Source of the DNA: a virus | Lineage: Duplodnaviria; Heunggongvirae; Uroviricota; Caudoviricetes | DNA: 26,013 nt | Strand: one strand, 5' to 3' | IMG/VR virus record: IMGVR_UViG_2671180460_000013 | Shown: positions 25,387-26,013 of the stretch, piece by piece | How the letters are laid out: every line of letters starts with the position of its first letter | Numbering within the stretch: position 1 is the stretch's first letter | Notes under the pieces: generated by a model | Told to the model about the DNA's origin: nothing | Databases searched by the model: none | What the model saw: the letters and a program-made list of their open reading frames with translations, nothing else | Translations under genes and position numbers: made by a program

Positions 25387-25484
25387 TTTACGGGATTCTG
25401 AAATCCCGTTTTTGCCTGTTTTATGCGCGCTTCATATATCGCGGCGCGTTTTTTGCTCATTTACGGGATTCGTGAGTCCCGTTT
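25387..25484. repeat. two copies of a ~20-bp palindromic motif (TTTACGGGATTC...TCCCGTTT) 73 bp apart upstream of parM; candidate parC centromere / operator flanking the par promoter
   Basis: ACGGGATT-ctga-AATCCCGT at 25390-25409 and ACGGGA-ttcgtgag-TCCCGT at 25463-25482. The proximal copy sits 30-55 nt upstream of the parM ATG; the distal copy overlaps the 3' end of the upstream ORF. Confidence 0.45.
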
Positions 25485-26013
25485 CTGTCAGTTTTTTGTT
25501 TCCACTGGTCAGGCCACCCCGCAGCAGGTCTGCTTTGCGGCTGGCGCGTTCAGTGGTTTCACTGATTCTCTGTGCGTGCTCTGCGTCGCGGATGGTGCGC
25601 AGCATGTCAGAAAGCACGGTAACGGGTGTTTTCATGGTGTTCTGGTCCTGCTGAAGTGTGGATGCCAGGCGTGCGGCGGCTTCAGGGTCTGATGCTCCCA
25701 GCTGTGCCAGATAGCTGGCGACCGGGTTATGGCGGATCTCTGTGCTGCTTACGCCATGATTATGGCTCAGGCGCTGCCAGAGCTGCGTGATTCGGCTGTC
25801 CGGGCGGGTATCCGGTTTGCGTACAATTTCAAATCCCTGCGGTGCAATGATGCTGCCGTCAACGTACAGACTGCCGCCCCGTAACAGGTGCTGCATCTGT
25901 TGTTCACCGATATGCAGGCCGAGAGATTCAGCAGACTCCCGCCATTCTTTAGCGAGTAATTCGTGGTTATCAGGCAAAGGCCGCTGCTGTTTGCGGCTCT
26001 GTGTCCAGCTCTG
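25432..26013 (-). CDS. hypothetical protein, 5'-partial (reading frame open to the window edge)
   Basis: ORF-track start at 25977 is TTG. Hand translation of 25978-26013 in frame shows no stop, so the gene probably starts beyond the window. Stop at 25432-25434. Confidence 0.5.
   Translation of the reverse strand, partial: QSWTQSRKQQRPLPDNHELLAKEWRESAESLGLHIGEQQMQHLLRGGSLYVDGSIIAPQGFEIVRKPDTRPDSRITQLWQRLSHNHGVSSTEIRHNPVASYLAQLGASDPEAAARLASTLQQDQNTMKTPVTVLSDMLRTIRDAEHAQRISETTERASRKADLLRGGLTSGNKKLTETGLTNPVNEQKTRRDI

Noticed and set aside
1-26013. CRISPR arrays, tRNA/rRNA genes, integrase or transposase
   Set aside because: No regularly spaced direct repeats, no tRNA-like T-loop motif found by eye in intergenic DNA, and no ORF with recombinase or transposase signatures. 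A computational tRNA scan was not possible.

Overview
Almost the whole window is the late (virion) region of a tailed, contractile-tail phage, with plasmid-type partition genes at the right edge. All calls rest on reading the supplied six-frame translations and the DNA by eye; no searches were run, and reference sequences are recalled from memory. Positions 16758-23012 are a P2-type head and packaging module in canonical P2 order: divergent P (large terminase) and Q (portal) on the plus strand, and O (scaffold), N (major capsid), M (small terminase), L (head completion) on the minus strand. Downstream of L the tail module is rearranged relative to P2: R-like, S-like, sheath, tube, an embedded holin / 35-aa ORF / M15 endolysin cassette, a tail chaperone with a -1 frameshift, tape measure, W/J/I-like baseplate genes, two tandem tail fibers, two unknown genes, and a spike protein with a large N-terminal extension. 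The left edge carries an AT-rich two-gene cargo operon behind a 599-bp noncoding spacer. The most interesting region is 23078-26013: an Ogr/Delta-like zinc finger gene followed by a convergent operon encoding ParM, ParR, an unknown 95-aa protein and an Rrf2-family regulator, preceded by a repeated palindrome. This suggests a phage-plasmid or a phage-borne DNA segregation system. No rRNA, tRNA, CRISPR array or transposase was seen.
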